From Ranitomeya imitator (Eukaryota), in contig NC_091286.1 of the NCBI RefSeq assembly GCF_032444005.1, forward strand, positions 396,056,001 through 396,120,000: a stretch of 64,000 bases of DNA. The letters are read 5' to 3'. Below, in pieces: positions 27,301 through 40,130 of the stretch. A program made the position numbers and the translations under genes. Below the pieces are notes generated by a model, which was given only the letters and a program-made list of their open reading frames with translations, was not told the DNA's origin and did not search any database. Within the stretch, counting starts at the first letter, position 1, and every line of letters starts with the position of its first letter.

Positions 27301-27412
27301 TATTAGTGAAAACGTCATCTTGTCCCACAAAAAACAAGCAGCCATACAACTCAATCTGCAGAAAAATAAAAAAAGTTATAGCTTTCAGAATAAAGCCTTG
27401 AAAAAATAGTTA

Positions 27413-27919
27413 CAGTGCCTTGCGAAAGTATTCGGCCCCCTGGAACTTTTCAACCTTTTCCCACATTTCATGCTTCATACATAAAGATACCAAATGTAAA
27501 TTTTTGGTGAAGAATCAACAACAAGTGGAACACAATTGTGAAGTTGAACGAAATTTATTGGTTATTTTAAATTTTTGTGGAAATTCAAAAACTGAAAAGT
27601 GGGGCGTGCAATATTATTCGGCCCATTTACTTTCAGTGCCGCAAACTCATTCCAGAAGTTCATTGTGGATCTCTGAATGATCCAATGTTGTCCTAAATGC
27701 CTAATGATGATAAATATAATCTACATGTGTGTAATCAAGTCTCTGTATAAATGCACCTGCTCTGTGAAATTCTCAGGGTTCTGCTTGAAGCACAGAGAGC
27801 ATCATGAAGACCAAGGAACACAACAGGCAGGGCCGTGATACTGTTATGGAGAAGTTTAAAGCTGGATTTCGTTACAAAATGGTTTCCAAAACTTTAAACA
27901 TCCCAAGGAGCACTGTGCA
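27413..27919 (+). mobile_element. 5' fragment of another Tc1 family (Passport-like), inserted at TA
   Basis: TA|CAGTGCCTTGCGAAAGTATTC end. ORF start at 27804, MKTKEHNRQGRDTVMEKFKAG...LNIPRSTV, then truncated. The family name is tentative. Confidence 0.8.
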
Positions 27920-30900
27920 TTTGGCATTTACTTTTGTGAAGCACCTGGGGGTTCAAGGTGCTCAACACATATCTAGATTCATTCCTTAAGGGGTCTAGTT
28001 TCTAAAATGGGGTCACTTATGGAGAATTTCTACTGTTTAGGCACATCAGTGGCTCTCCAAACGTGACATGGTGTCCACTTATGATTCTAGCACTGTTCAG
28101 AATTGTAAAATTTGGCCTAGTCATCAAGGTAAAAACAAGATCGAGGGTGAAGGGGTTGGTTTGTGGACTAAATGCTAAAATGAAACACGTTTTTACCACA
28201 AGAGAAATTGACATGTTGCAGATTTCAAGCATGCACCGCAGATCAGTTTACACAGTGTTAAGAAAGCACAGTCAGCATGAGATTTCTGGAAATCCCATTC
28301 CTTTTGCTATAACTGTAAAATGCTGCCTTTTTTACAAACCAAAAATATGAAACGTCAAATTCTCACCAAATACTCATTTTGGCAACTTAGCCTCAACAAA
28401 ATCGATCTTTTTTTGTGTACATTAAAAATTAATGATGTCTGACAGCCCTATGTTTCTACAGCCCCCCGTACCCTTTAGATGGCTATTGGCCAAGTGATGG
28501 TTTGGCCAGTTTGGCAGCTATCTCGCCCAACTCTTCCATACATAAGAGCACACCATCTGCCTAGCTTCTGATGAGAAGATGAGGAAGAGTCGGGGCTCCC
28601 CATACACATTAGACTGTGATCCGAAGCCATCGATAACGGCAATTACTAACTGACTTTAGTGAAAAGTATATGGGAGCCAAAACCCTACTTGGCAAACACT
28701 TCAAATGACTCATGGAGGGAGAATAGAGATGAGGAGATGAGAGATCCTTGTTTTCCAATCTCTGTTCAGCATCGTACTAGACTTAAAGCGGCAGATGTTT
28801 TACTCAAGCCAATAAGTGAATCTTACACTGGTGCTCAGACAGGATTATTGGAGGGAAGATTGCATTCATATATTAACTATTCTACTAAAGGATACGTTTT
28901 TAAAAACTTTGCTTTCTGACATAATATAAAGCATTTGATGTGGGTAAAAGATTAGAGTGAAATCATTTCTGAGGATTGGATTCTGTGTCAATAATTGCAA
29001 AGAGGTCTAAACTAATTCTTAAAATGCCCTTTTAATTTGTAAAATAATTATTTGAAGTCTTTTAGATCCTACAAAGCAGGGTCCACAGTGACTTCATCAT
29101 ATCAAAAGAGTCCATATTAACATAGGGGTGACCTTACTGGAAATGCCTCCTGCAGAAGGAAATGTTAATATTAATTGAGAATATGTCGTTCTGCAATTGG
29201 TTTAACCTCACCTTCACCCTTCTGGTAATAAGACACTTTCCTACATGTCCTCACTGCGCTACTAAGACAAGTTCTTAGAAAGCAGCTAAAGAGCTGCAGC
29301 AGAAGTTTTATAGAATTAGGCAGGATGCTTGCATAAAACCAGCAGCTGGTGGCATTTTAAAAAAGCAATTAGCTTTGAATGTGACACTACACCTCCTCAT
29401 AGATTTTCTTTTAAAACAAGACGCAAAGAAGTCTAGAAAAGACAGGAAAGGGGCACTATCTTAGGAAACACTGTGCTTGTGGACTGGGTGCAAGGTGTAC
29501 ACTTACCTACTGTCAGTCTCAGTGGTGCCTGTTAATGGACGATGGTGTCAATGGTGTCTGCTTAGTGGATCATTGAGTCATAAATGGATGTAATTAATTA
29601 TAGCGCAGGATGAGTGCACTGTCATCACTGGAGATAAGGATACTACTTGAATTGATGAAGCAATAAGCTTCTTTATTCATGTGACCAAAAAATTCACAAG
29701 GCGATTAACCATGCAGGAACATGGTCTTGTCAGACCCCATCTCCTGGCCAGGGGAGGAGGCAAAAGAGTATACAGACATTACCACATGGGATCACAAATA
29801 ATTCTTTCTATGAGGTAAAATAATTTTTTAAACAAGTAGAGAAATGTTTTTCATTACAATCACATGCTGTAATATCTGTCTACTCTCTTACTCCTTACCC
29901 TCCACAGGAGATGTCGTATGATCAGTCCATGTTCCTGCATGGTCAGTCACAGCCATTACACAGTACACAGCAGCGGCACATTTATTAGATTATCTCAGCA
30001 CAGGAACATTTTTTTAACACATTCAATCGTGAAACATTATTTTTTTTCTAAGATCTATTAATTAAAGTGTACTTTGTCAGAAAACCTCTTTAAGTATTGA
30101 AAGGGTGCAAAGTCATGAAATGGTTGGCCTCAGAGAAGGATGTTTCAGTTATCTAGGTGGAAGATAATAAGGGCATCCACTAAAATTTTTCTCGATTCAA
30201 AGAAAAACTGGTTCAAGAAATGTTTATGAGTTAGAGGTGACAAGTGGTAGTGAAAGCCTGAATGTGCTGTTTGAATGATAAGGTGAAGTCCAAAGGTTGC
30301 GAGGCATCAGACTTGGGAGAGTGGAGAAAGCGTGGAGCCTCTACATTAGTCAATAGGTCTGGTCTGGGTGTTGTACGAGATGTGGAAACAAAATCAGTTT
30401 TCTCTATGTTGATTTTTAGTTAAGTAGAACTGTCTCATTGAAACATTATTTTTCAAAATTAAGTCCACCTTTAATATTCACTTCTATATTGGGGAGCGTT
30501 ATTATCATCCATTCCCTTATTACTATATTCCAGTGATATTCATATAAACAGCATTTGCTGTTAGCCTCATGTGTCTTTTGAAACAATGTAGGAAATGTAA
30601 CAATTAACATTTTGTCGGAGATATGCAGGCACTTACCACTAACACTTACACCAATGAGTTAGCAATAGATAAGCTAATAGTTCTGGGGTTGGCATTGGCA
30701 AAAAAATGTCAATGATGGAGAAAGTAAAAATACACATATATCAAAAAATTAATAGTTTTATACAGAAAAGATCTTGTAGGTAGCTAAGCTGTACACTACA
30801 ATGTATTGTATCATTAGCTTATGATGCCCTGAACCAAACATATCTAATATATACAGTATGTGCATTCTATGAACGGCTTTGACATAAATTCAGAGGGAGA

Positions 30901-32616
30901 ATATAATGCACACGCTACTTAATCTATGCAAAAATGCCAAAATCAATAACATTATAACATCAACAGACTTATTATTCCCTTGCGCAAAGATAACAACTTT
31001 GTTCTCAATTTCAGGTTAAAAATAGAAAAAGGAAAAGGAGATCTGCAAGGGATTAGAGTCATGTAATGTGAACAGAGCCTTAATGTCAAGAGATGCCAAA
31101 TGCCTTCAGAAGATCTCTAGTGTCCTGCTCCTGTTTCTTCTCCATTCCCAGTCATGACCTCCTCTATTCAGATGTATGTTACCTCTTCTTTTATGGAAGA
31201 AGTCCTGTTTTGTGATATCTCTTATCAGATAAAGTAACCGGTATGTACTATCTTGCCCTGTACTATGTTTCCTAGTAGCGTATGCAACAATGCGCTAATT
31301 TTTACTTTGTTCTGAATCTGCCCGATGCCAGCACTTAGAGCCCCACTGAACTGTATACCTCCTAACAGCATTCGGGGTTCTGTTTTTAGTCATTACTCAG
31401 TGCATAGAGATCATTGGCTGTAACTGCTCCCCCAGCACTGACTGACAGCAGCTCAGAATTAGGACTGACTGTCAGTCAGTGCCGGAGGCGCAGTTACAGC
31501 TGCCGCTCTCAATACACTGAGCGGTGACCAAATCCACACCGGAACAAGCCCCATGACTGAAACCCAAATTCTTCCAGAACTAATAAAGTTCATTATCCTC
31601 CCAGCAGTGGGGCTCAAAGTGCCAGAGCCAAGTATAATCAGAACACTATAAACCTGCAGATTAACCCTGTATCTGCAGCTTAATAGCATTTTTTCAAGAG
31701 ACAGGTTTTCTTTAAAAGGCCAAAGTCAGAATTGGTAATTATGATATTAAAGGGTGTATCCACTACTTGGACAACCCCTTCTCAATTGCTTTATTCCCCC
31801 TTATAAATTAAAAACAGCCTGTACTCACCTTCAGTGCCGGTGCCGTTCGAGAAATGATAGCATCCATCAGCTCTCTTCGGCCTCGCCTCAGGTTCCTATG
31901 CCACGTGAGCCCTGTTGCCAATAAGCGGCCGTTTCACTCTCACTTTTTTGTAGATAAAACTGACAGCTGTAAGAAGTGAGAGCTGCTGCTTATGCGCTCC
32001 GACATCCTCTAAATGTCAGTTACATCCAAAGAAAGTGAGAAATTGAGAGTGAGTGGTTGGTTGTAGGGCCCACCCCATGTCATCACTGAACCGGCGCTGG
32101 AACTGTGCTGACACCAGAAGTCAATTAAACCATTGTTATTTTATAAGGGGGAATAAGGCAATTTTTAAAACACGCTGTTAGCATTTTCTCCATATGTAAA
32201 ACTAATACCTTATTTTTCACTTTTGTGTGGCCATCTTCTGTTGCCTATTAGGGGCTACTTGATCTGCTGTGAACAGGGGACCTAATTTATAGCTCCTTAT
32301 GAAAGGAGAGAGAAAAGAAAGGTATGTAATCTTTGACTTTGCTCCTGGGTTTAACCTGGACCATACTGTATATACTGAGACAGATAATTTACTTTGTAGT
32401 ATATGATACTTAGTTTTACCAAGTAAGACTTCTTTAGGGAATATACAGTAGTGTCAGCACCAAGTTCTATGCGTACAATGTATCTACTCATGTATATAAA
32501 GGATAATGCCAGATTCTGCTGTCTGGAACTTGACAAGATATCATTTGTTGACCCTAATATAATGATAACTATACCACACTTCATAATGCAAAGAATTACT
32601 TGCAAACAATATTTAC

Positions 32617-32709
32617 CTGTATATTTCCAAGCTATTTACTCCATATTTGCTTTCAATTCTGTACTTTCCTGGTTCACTTGCTGGGCTAATCAAAGTTTCA
32701 TTTTTATAC
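32617..32709 (-). CDS. MYOM2: MYOM2 exon 6 equivalent: YKNETLISPASEPGKYRIESKYGVNSLEIY(R)
   Basis: 93 nt, ctttccattag acceptor, AG|gtaaat donor. EPGKYRIES motif. Confidence 0.95.
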
Positions 32710-33071
32710 CTAATGGAAAGAGCAGATTCATTTCTGTAAAGTCAATAGTATCATAATCCCAGCAGAGTTAATTTTGCACGGTCTCAGGGTGCATTGACAT
32801 TACTTGGCATATATTACTTTGCTTTTGTATTTCACTGAAACAAACAATGTAATTACAGATAATGGCTAGTTTACAAGAGTCAGTGTCACCTTTTAATGCT
32901 TGTCAAAATTCAATGTGAAGATAATACTAAGTAAATATACAGAATTTCCAACAGTGCAGAAACAAATGAGATAGGAAATTAATTTGGAAAATGAATATTC
33001 AATTTACTTTGTAAGCATTTTTATTATTACAGTTGCAGAAATAAATAAATTGATTTAACAGCATTAAAGTT

Positions 33072-33431
33072 AAAGGGGTATTCTGAGCTCCAAGATCCTC
33101 TCCCACTATGTAGAGGGTATAATAGTAATAATATTAGCAAATACCTCCAATAGTAAAGTTCTCTTTGTTTCGCTATGTCACTTACCCCATGTGCAGGGCA
33201 TTGTAGTAGTTTAGATATCCATGGCTGCGACCACTAATAGCTAACTACCTGTCACTATAAGAGTAGTCATAACCATGGATACCTAAGCTAGTGCAATGCC
33301 CTGCACATAGGGTAAGCGACATAGCTTACCAGAAGAACTATACTACATTTCTAATTAGAGGTATTTGCTAATGTTATTATTATTACACATACTATATATT
33401 GGGATAGGATCTTGGAGATGTGAATACCTCT
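33072..33431. mobile_element. Kolobok/T2-like palindromic MITE (a related partial copy lies at about 22150-22390)
   Basis: ttaaAGGGGTATTC...CCAAGATCCT ... AGGATCTTGG...GAATACCTCTttaa. Confidence 0.75.
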
Positions 33432-33602
33432 TTAAATTTATAACTAAAGAACCTAGTCTAAATAAAAATACCAGTGGGGCGATTTTATAGGCCTATTTGG
33501 AGAGCTACTGTACTAACATTGATGGACCTGGACTGTCCATATAAAACATGCTCATCTATTAAAAGGATTGAGAGTGTATGGCTGACTCTCCCCTGACAGT
33601 TA

Positions 33603-33986
33603 GGCTATGTGCCCACGTTGCGGATTCGTGTTCGGATTTTTCCACACCGTTTTAAAAAAATCTGCAGGTAAAACGCAGTGCGTTTTACCTGCAGATTACC
33701 TGCAGACTTCCTGCATTTTTTGTTCGGATTTCACCTGCGGTTTTACACCTGCGGATTCCTATTGAGGAGCAGGTGTAAAACATTGCGGAATCCGCACAAA
33801 AAATTGACATGCTGTGGAAAATACAACGCAACGTTTCCGCGCTGTATTTTCTGTAGCATGTGCACTGTGGATTTGATTTTCCATAGGTCTACATTGTACT
33901 GTAAACTGCATGGAAAACTGCTGCAAATCTGCAGTGGCCAATCCGCTGCGGATCCGCAGCCAAATCCACAATGTATGCACATAGCC
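33603..33986. mobile_element. PIF/Harbinger-like MITE
   Basis: tta|GGCTATGTGC ... GCACATAGCC|tta, a 3-bp TWA TSD. Confidence 0.85.
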
Positions 33987-34234
33987 TTACATGTTGCCCA
34001 TGTTCCCACAGGACATGAATGGCCTACAGAGATATCTTGTAGTAGAATGAGGCTCTTGTAACATATCAATTTGTGAAATTTCTTCCCTAATATTTCACAA
34101 TGAAATGTGAGTTGTGTTATTGAAATAAGGAACTGCAGAACTTCGCCATAATGAGGCAGACCATAAAAAATTACAGAACATGGCCATCGAGTGATGAGGC
34201 GCATATTACATAAAAGTCGCAAATGACTCCATTA

Positions 34235-36500
34235 ATTCTTCTGACCTTTCATCCATTATAAGTTCATGCTAAAAACATACAACTCTGCCCTTCACCTCTC
34301 CAAACAAACCTATTTCAACACACTCATCACCTCACTGTCCAATAACCCTAAACGTCTCTTTGACACTTTCCAGTCCCTACTCAACCCAAGAGTGCAGGCC
34401 CCAACCACAGATCTCCGCGCTGACGATCTGGCCAATTACTTCAAAGAAAAAATTGACCACATTCGACAGGAAATCATCTCCCAATCTCTTCATACCATGC
34501 ACTGTCCTCCCTCCCCCACTGCATCTAGTTCACTCTCTGACTTTGAACCAGTTACAGAAGAAGTAATCAGGCTCCTTGCATCTTCTCGCCCAACCACTTG
34601 CACCAGTGACCCCATTCCGTCACATCTCCTCCAGTCCCTTTCCCCGGCTGTCACCTCTCACCTAACAAAAATATTCAACCTTTCTCTCACTTCCGGTATT
34701 TTTCCTTCCTCATTTAAGCATGCCATCATACATCCATTACTTAAAAAAAATCCCTCGATCAAAACTGTGCCGCTAATTATAGACCTGTCTCTAATCTTCC
34801 CTTCATCTCTAAATTCCTCGAACGCCTGGTCCACTCCCGTCTTACCCGCTATCTCTCAGATAACTCTCTTCTTGACCCTCTTCAATCTGGTTTCCGCTCT
34901 TTACACTCTACTGAAACTGCCCTCACTAAAGTCTCTAATGATCTACTAACAGCTAAATCTAATGGTCACTACTCCATGCTAATTCTCTTGGATCTCTCCG
35001 CAGCATTCGACACTGTGGATCATCAGCTACTCCTCACTATGCTCCGCTCCATCGGCCTCAAGGCCACCGTTCTCTCCTGGTTCTCCTCCTATCTCTCTAA
35101 CCGCTCCTTCACTGTATCTTTTGCTGGTTCCTCCTCCTCTCATCTTCCCCTTACTGTTGGGGTTCCTCAAGGATCAGTCCTAGGCCCCCTCCTTTTCTCT
35201 TTGTATACTGCCCCTATTGGACAAACAATCAGTAGATTTGGTTTCCAGTACCATCTCTATGCTGATGACACCCAATTATACACTTCTTCTCCTGTTATCA
35301 CGCTGAACTTTTTAGTAAACACCAGTGATTGTCTTACCGCTGTCTCTAACATCATGTCCTCCCTCTATCTGAAACTGAACCTGTCAAAAACTGAACTCCT
35401 CGTCTTTTCTCCCTCTATTAACCTACCTTTGCCTGACATTGCCATCTCTGTGTGTGGTTCCACCATTACTCCAAAGCAACATGCCCGCTGCCTTGGCGTC
35501 ATACTTGATTCCGAGCTTTCATTCACCCCCCACATCCGATCACTGGCTCGCTCTTCTTATCTGCATCTCAAAAACATTTCTAGAATTTGTCCTTTTCTTA
35601 CTGTCGACTCTGCAAAAACTCTTACTGTTTCACTTATTCATTCTCGTCTGGACTATTGTAACTCTCTACTAATTGGCCTCCCTCTTACCAAACTTTCCCC
35701 TCTCCAATCTGTTCTGAATGCTGCAGACAGGATCATATTCCTCACCAACCATTACACCGATGCCTCTACCTTGTGCCAGTCATTACACTGGTTACCCATC
35801 CACTCAAGAATCCAGTACAAAACTACTACGCTCATCCACAAAGCACTCCATGGCTCAGCACCACCCTACATCTCCTCTCTGGTCTCAGTCTACCACCCTA
35901 CCCGTGCCCTCCGCTCCGCTAATGACCTCAGGTTAGCATCCTCAATAATCAGAACCTCCCATTCCCGTCTCCAAGACTTTACACGTGCTGCGCTGATTCT
36001 TTGGAATGCACTACCTAGGTTAATACAATTAATCCCCAATCCCCACAGTTTTAAGCGTGCCCTAAAAACTCATTTGTTCAGATTGGCCTACCACCTCAAC
36101 GCATTAACCTAACTATCCCTGTGTGGCCCATTTAAAAATCAAAAACATAATCAGGTTCCTCGCAACATGTTCTCATACACTTTATGCAGTTATTAGCCCT
36201 CTGTGTCTGTACTGCTACATACTTAGGCAGTTAACTGGTTCATGCAGCTTTACATGAACACCTGAGCCTTACACTATGGCTGGTCCGAATAACTTAAGCA
36301 ATTGTTACCATCCACCTCTCGTGTCTCCCCTTTTCCTCATAGTTTGTAAGCTTGCGAGCAGGGCCCTCACTCCTCTTGGTATCTATTTTGAACTGTGATT
36401 TCTGTTATGCTGTAATGTCTATTGTCTGTATAAGTCCCCTCTATAATTTGTAAAGCACTGTGGAATATGTTGGTGCTATATAAATAAAATTATTATTATT
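34235..36500 (+). mobile_element. 5'-truncated L2 (CR1/L2 group) LINE with RT domain, antisense in MYOM2 intron 5
   Basis: ORF2 with [26 protein letters not shown] and YADD. One apparent frameshift in the A-run near 34745. 3' end tgtaaagcactgtggaatatgttggtgctatataaataaa followed by a (TAT)n tail. 5' boundary approximate. Confidence 0.93.
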
Positions 36501-36651
36501 CTCTGGCATTAAAATCATCAGAAAAATTGTGCAGTGGGAACTTCAAACTATGGATTTCCATTACTGAGAAGTTAGTTACTTATAAGCTTTATATCAATTT
36601 ACAATGTTTGTGACTATGTATGATAATTGAGTAAGATCATTTTTTCCTTAC

Positions 36652-36809
36652 CACTGTACCACTGGCGTTGGATATCCTTGGACAGTAAAGAAAAGCTTCA
36701 CAGGCATGCCTTCCCAAACGGTGTGTGATCTGAGCCGGACTAATATATCTGGGGAACGGCTTATACATTCTTCATGAATTTGTCTCTCTAATGCCAATTT
36801 TTCCTCTAC
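36652..36809 (-). CDS. MYOM2: MYOM2 exon 5 equivalent: VEEKLALERQIHEECISRSPDILVRLRSHTVWEGMPVKLFFTVQGYPTPVVQ(W), start of Ig domain My2
   Basis: 158 nt, ttttcctatcag acceptor, TG|gtaagg donor. Contains the myomesin motif ILVRLRSHTVWE. Confidence 0.96.
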
Positions 36810-37181
36810 CTGATAGGAAAAAAAGTGTAAAGTTTATAATAATCCAATTATCCCTCCACAGCAATCGCTTTTTAGACTATTCTTGTTTTGCTACAGTGAG
36901 TATATCCTCACCTGCCCAGAAGGAACAGTAAGAAGGCACATGTGATACTCAGAAACTGGGTTCAAACAAATTTACGAGGAAAAATGTGAAAACATGAGAA
37001 AACTCTTTGTTATTTTTAATAATAATAATACTTTCTGAAGTCAACAAAAATTGCAAACATCATGGGCAGAAGTTTCTTTTCCGTGTCCAATTTTTGAAGC
37101 TGAGGGTGCCTAAATAAATCTATTGTTTTATCTAAAGAGATATAGCAAAGCTCCTTACAGTATCCCTCGTAATAAGATTAA

Positions 37182-37730
37182 AGGGAATCTGTCACCCCAT
37201 TTTTTGCCTATAAGCTAAGGCCACTACCATCAGGGGCTTATCTACAGCATTCTGTAATGCTGTACATAAGCCCCTGATGCAACCTGAAAGATAAGAAAAA
37301 CAAGGTAGATTATACTCACCCAGGGGCGGTCCCGATGCATTCCGGTCCAATGGGCGCTGCCGTCCGGGTCCGGCACCTCCTATCTTCATACGATGATGTC
37401 CTCTTCTTTGCGTCCTGTTGCAGCTCCTGCACACTGCAGTACTTTGCTCTGCCCTCAACAGAGCAGACAACGTACACTTGCGCAGGAGCTACGACAGGAA
37501 GCAAAGAAGAGGACGACATCATCTGAACATGGGAGGTGCCGCACCCGGACCGCGACATCCATCGGACCGTACCATACCGGGACAACCCCTCGGTGAGTAT
37601 AATCTAACTTGTTTTTCTTATCTTTCAGGTTAACTCAGGGGCTTATGTACAGCATTACAGAATACTGTAGATAAGCCCCCGATGGCGGTAGCCTTTGTTT
37701 TTAGGCGAGAAATGGGGTGACATATTCCCT
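37182..37730. mobile_element. Kolobok/T2-like MITE
   Basis: ttaa|AGGGAATCTGTCACCCCATTT ... AAATGGGGTGACATATTCCCT|ttaa, with long palindromic arms. Confidence 0.88.
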
Positions 37731-38816
37731 TTAAAGCGTTTTTTCCTCAGCATACATTTAAACCCCTGTTCACAGTGTGGGTGATAAGTCTATCATCACT
37801 GGGGATCCAACTGCTGGGACCCTCACAGGTAATAAGAATGGGTGTCCTTAAGCGCACAGACAATGTATAATCTCTGCGAGATGTTGCCCATAAACTTCAC
37901 AGAATCCTAGTGCTGATCACAGAGTCACAAAGCTGCCTATTGTGCCTCATTATGTCTTCATGAGAAAACTACTCCTTCTACCTTCCGACTTGCTGTTTGC
38001 CAGTGGGCGGTGCATTCCTGCTTGACAAATAGTTCGGACAAGCCACATGGTTGCACCTTTGTCCCAAAGTATGTCACTGTAGAATCAGAGGAGTGACACA
38101 TGAGCTAAACATGACAACTGCTGCCTGTGACCGGCGGTAACCTCAAAGATGTCACCACAGGTAACTGAAGTTGCGATCTCAGGCTCAGCTCAGTGTTTCC
38201 TGGATTCACAGCTGAGAGGTCGCATCATGCCATCGCTCAGCCATGCAATCCAGATGAAGAAGGGTTGGCCTCTTTGTTGGACCAATGAATTATCGTCAGA
38301 CAAGTGAGGAATATGGTATTTTATTATTTTCAATTTTACAGTTATGAATGGGTAAAAGAGAGTGGGGAGTGTTTATTTCAAATAAAGAATTTTTTTCATG
38401 TGTGTTTTCTTCAATTAAAGGACTTCTTCGTGTGTGTGCCTTTATTTAATTTTCACTGTGGGGTTAGTAATGGGGATGTCTTATAGACGTTTTTCCACCC
38501 AAACCAAACTTTTTTAAATGTTCGGCCGAACCCGGCTGACTCAAACATCCATGTGTCCACCTATCACTAGTCAAAACCTGCAGAGGACTGACCAGAGTGG
38601 CGCCGATAAAAGAGGAAGATAGCGGCTGGTGAGTATAAGCTGAGTGTAAGCCTAGAGGCAGAGAAATTAGATAAGTGGCACCACTCCAGTGGGGGGTTTT
38701 AAATTTTACTGCTAGAGTGCTAGGTCCAGGTCATAAAGTACCTGTTGGGTAAATGCTTATTATGATACCATAAATATACAACATGGCTGTTCCGAAGTCT
38801 TTCACAATTTCTTAAA

Positions 38817-39572
38817 GGGAATCTACCACCAGGTTTTTGCTGAACCATCTGAGAGCAGTGTGATGTAGACACAGAGACCCTTATTCCATCAGTCACTTAC
38901 TTTTCTACTTACTGTTTTATCTGTTACAGATCTATCAGTCCTCTGAATGCTGAGCTCTGTGTAGCCCCACCCCCACCACTGATTGACAGCTTTCTGTGCA
39001 CACTGTGCGAATGCAGAAATCTGCTAATCGGTGGGGGTGAGTTTATACAGAGCTCATGAATATGTAGGACTTCAGAGCCCCAGGTTTACTAGTCATCTAG
39101 TGATAACCTAGTGATAATCTCCTGTTGATAGAACAGTAATTTTATCAAAACTACATCAAACAGCCAAGTAAGTGATACATTGCTGAAATCAGGGTCTCTG
39201 TCTCCTCTTTATGCTGCTCTTAAAGCAATAAGTCTGCAGTAACTCTGCATGACTGTAGACTTATGAATTCCCTAGGTGTATGCATTGTACGCTGCAGGGA
39301 TTCACCGGTTTTGACCTGAGACTGGAGGATATGTATGCGTTATACATAGTCCTGGCCAGATCCCAAATAGTGGGCGTGGCCTTGCTCCATACACTTGCAT
39401 AGAGCAAGGCAGCGCCCCGACTAGAGACATGGGTGTGGCAGACTAGAGGGTGCGGCCTCGCCCCATACAAGTGACCAGGAATATGTATAACACATGCATA
39501 CCCTCCAGTCCTGGTGAATCTGAGTGGGATTCATAAGTCTGCAGTCACACAGTGCCTGCAGAATTATTGCTT
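38817..39572. mobile_element. Two adjacent Kolobok/T2-like MITEs next to exon 4
   Basis: ttaaAGGGAATCTACCACC start. A second palindromic unit runs ttaaAGCAATAA...TTATTGCTTT (about 39220-39572). Confidence 0.6.
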
Positions 39573-39647
39573 TGGACCGGAAATCCCCTTTGAGGGGATA
39601 GTTTTCAAACACTGTATAAGGATAGCTATAAAAAAATATTGATTTAC

Positions 39648-39843
39648 CATCCTCTGAATAGACACTTTATCAATCTGTTCCCTTGCCAGGGCCCGTGCAA
39701 TACGAACGTCTTCTTCCAAGAAGGCAAGCTCTGTGGCATAGCGAACACTTCGGTCATAGCTTCTATGTTGCTGCTGAGACCTTTGCTCAATTTGTTGCAC
39801 AGCGTGCTGCTCGGAGCGCTGCTCGGCACGTTTCTCCTGTGTC
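39648..39843 (-). CDS. MYOM2: MYOM2 exon 4 equivalent: TQEKRAEQRSEQHAVQQIEQRSQQQHRSYDRSVRYATELAFLEEDVRIARALAREQIDKVSIQRM
   Basis: 196 nt, acceptor ...aatgtag, donor ATG|gtaaat, phase 2/0. The C-terminal half matches human ELAHLEEDVHLARSQARDKLDKYAIQQM (recalled). The acceptor position is less certain than the donor. Confidence 0.85.
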
Positions 39844-40130
39844 CTACATTATGGAATATGCAGTGAATTAAAAAAAATACTAAAACATGTATATAGTATA
39901 GCTCTTGTTATTTCACAGAAGGCTTCACTAAATTCCTACAGCTACAAGATGGCAGTCCATGCTTTGAAGTAGGCAAACACAGAACAAGCGCAGAAAACAG
40001 CATCAGTTCTACGTAAACTGAAGTTAATGGTATTAATGCATAATGGAGATCTTCATAATAGGAAGAACATCTCTATACCATGCAAGTATTGAGACAAAAA
40101 AACAATTATGACCAGCTACATGTAAATAAA

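Noticed and set aside
29501-29700. Perfect minus-strand donor (GTAG|gtaagt) in intron 6 as a candidate alternative exon
   Set aside because: The required phase-2 frame hits a TGA within about 15 codons, there is no myomesin similarity, and there is no convincing acceptor.
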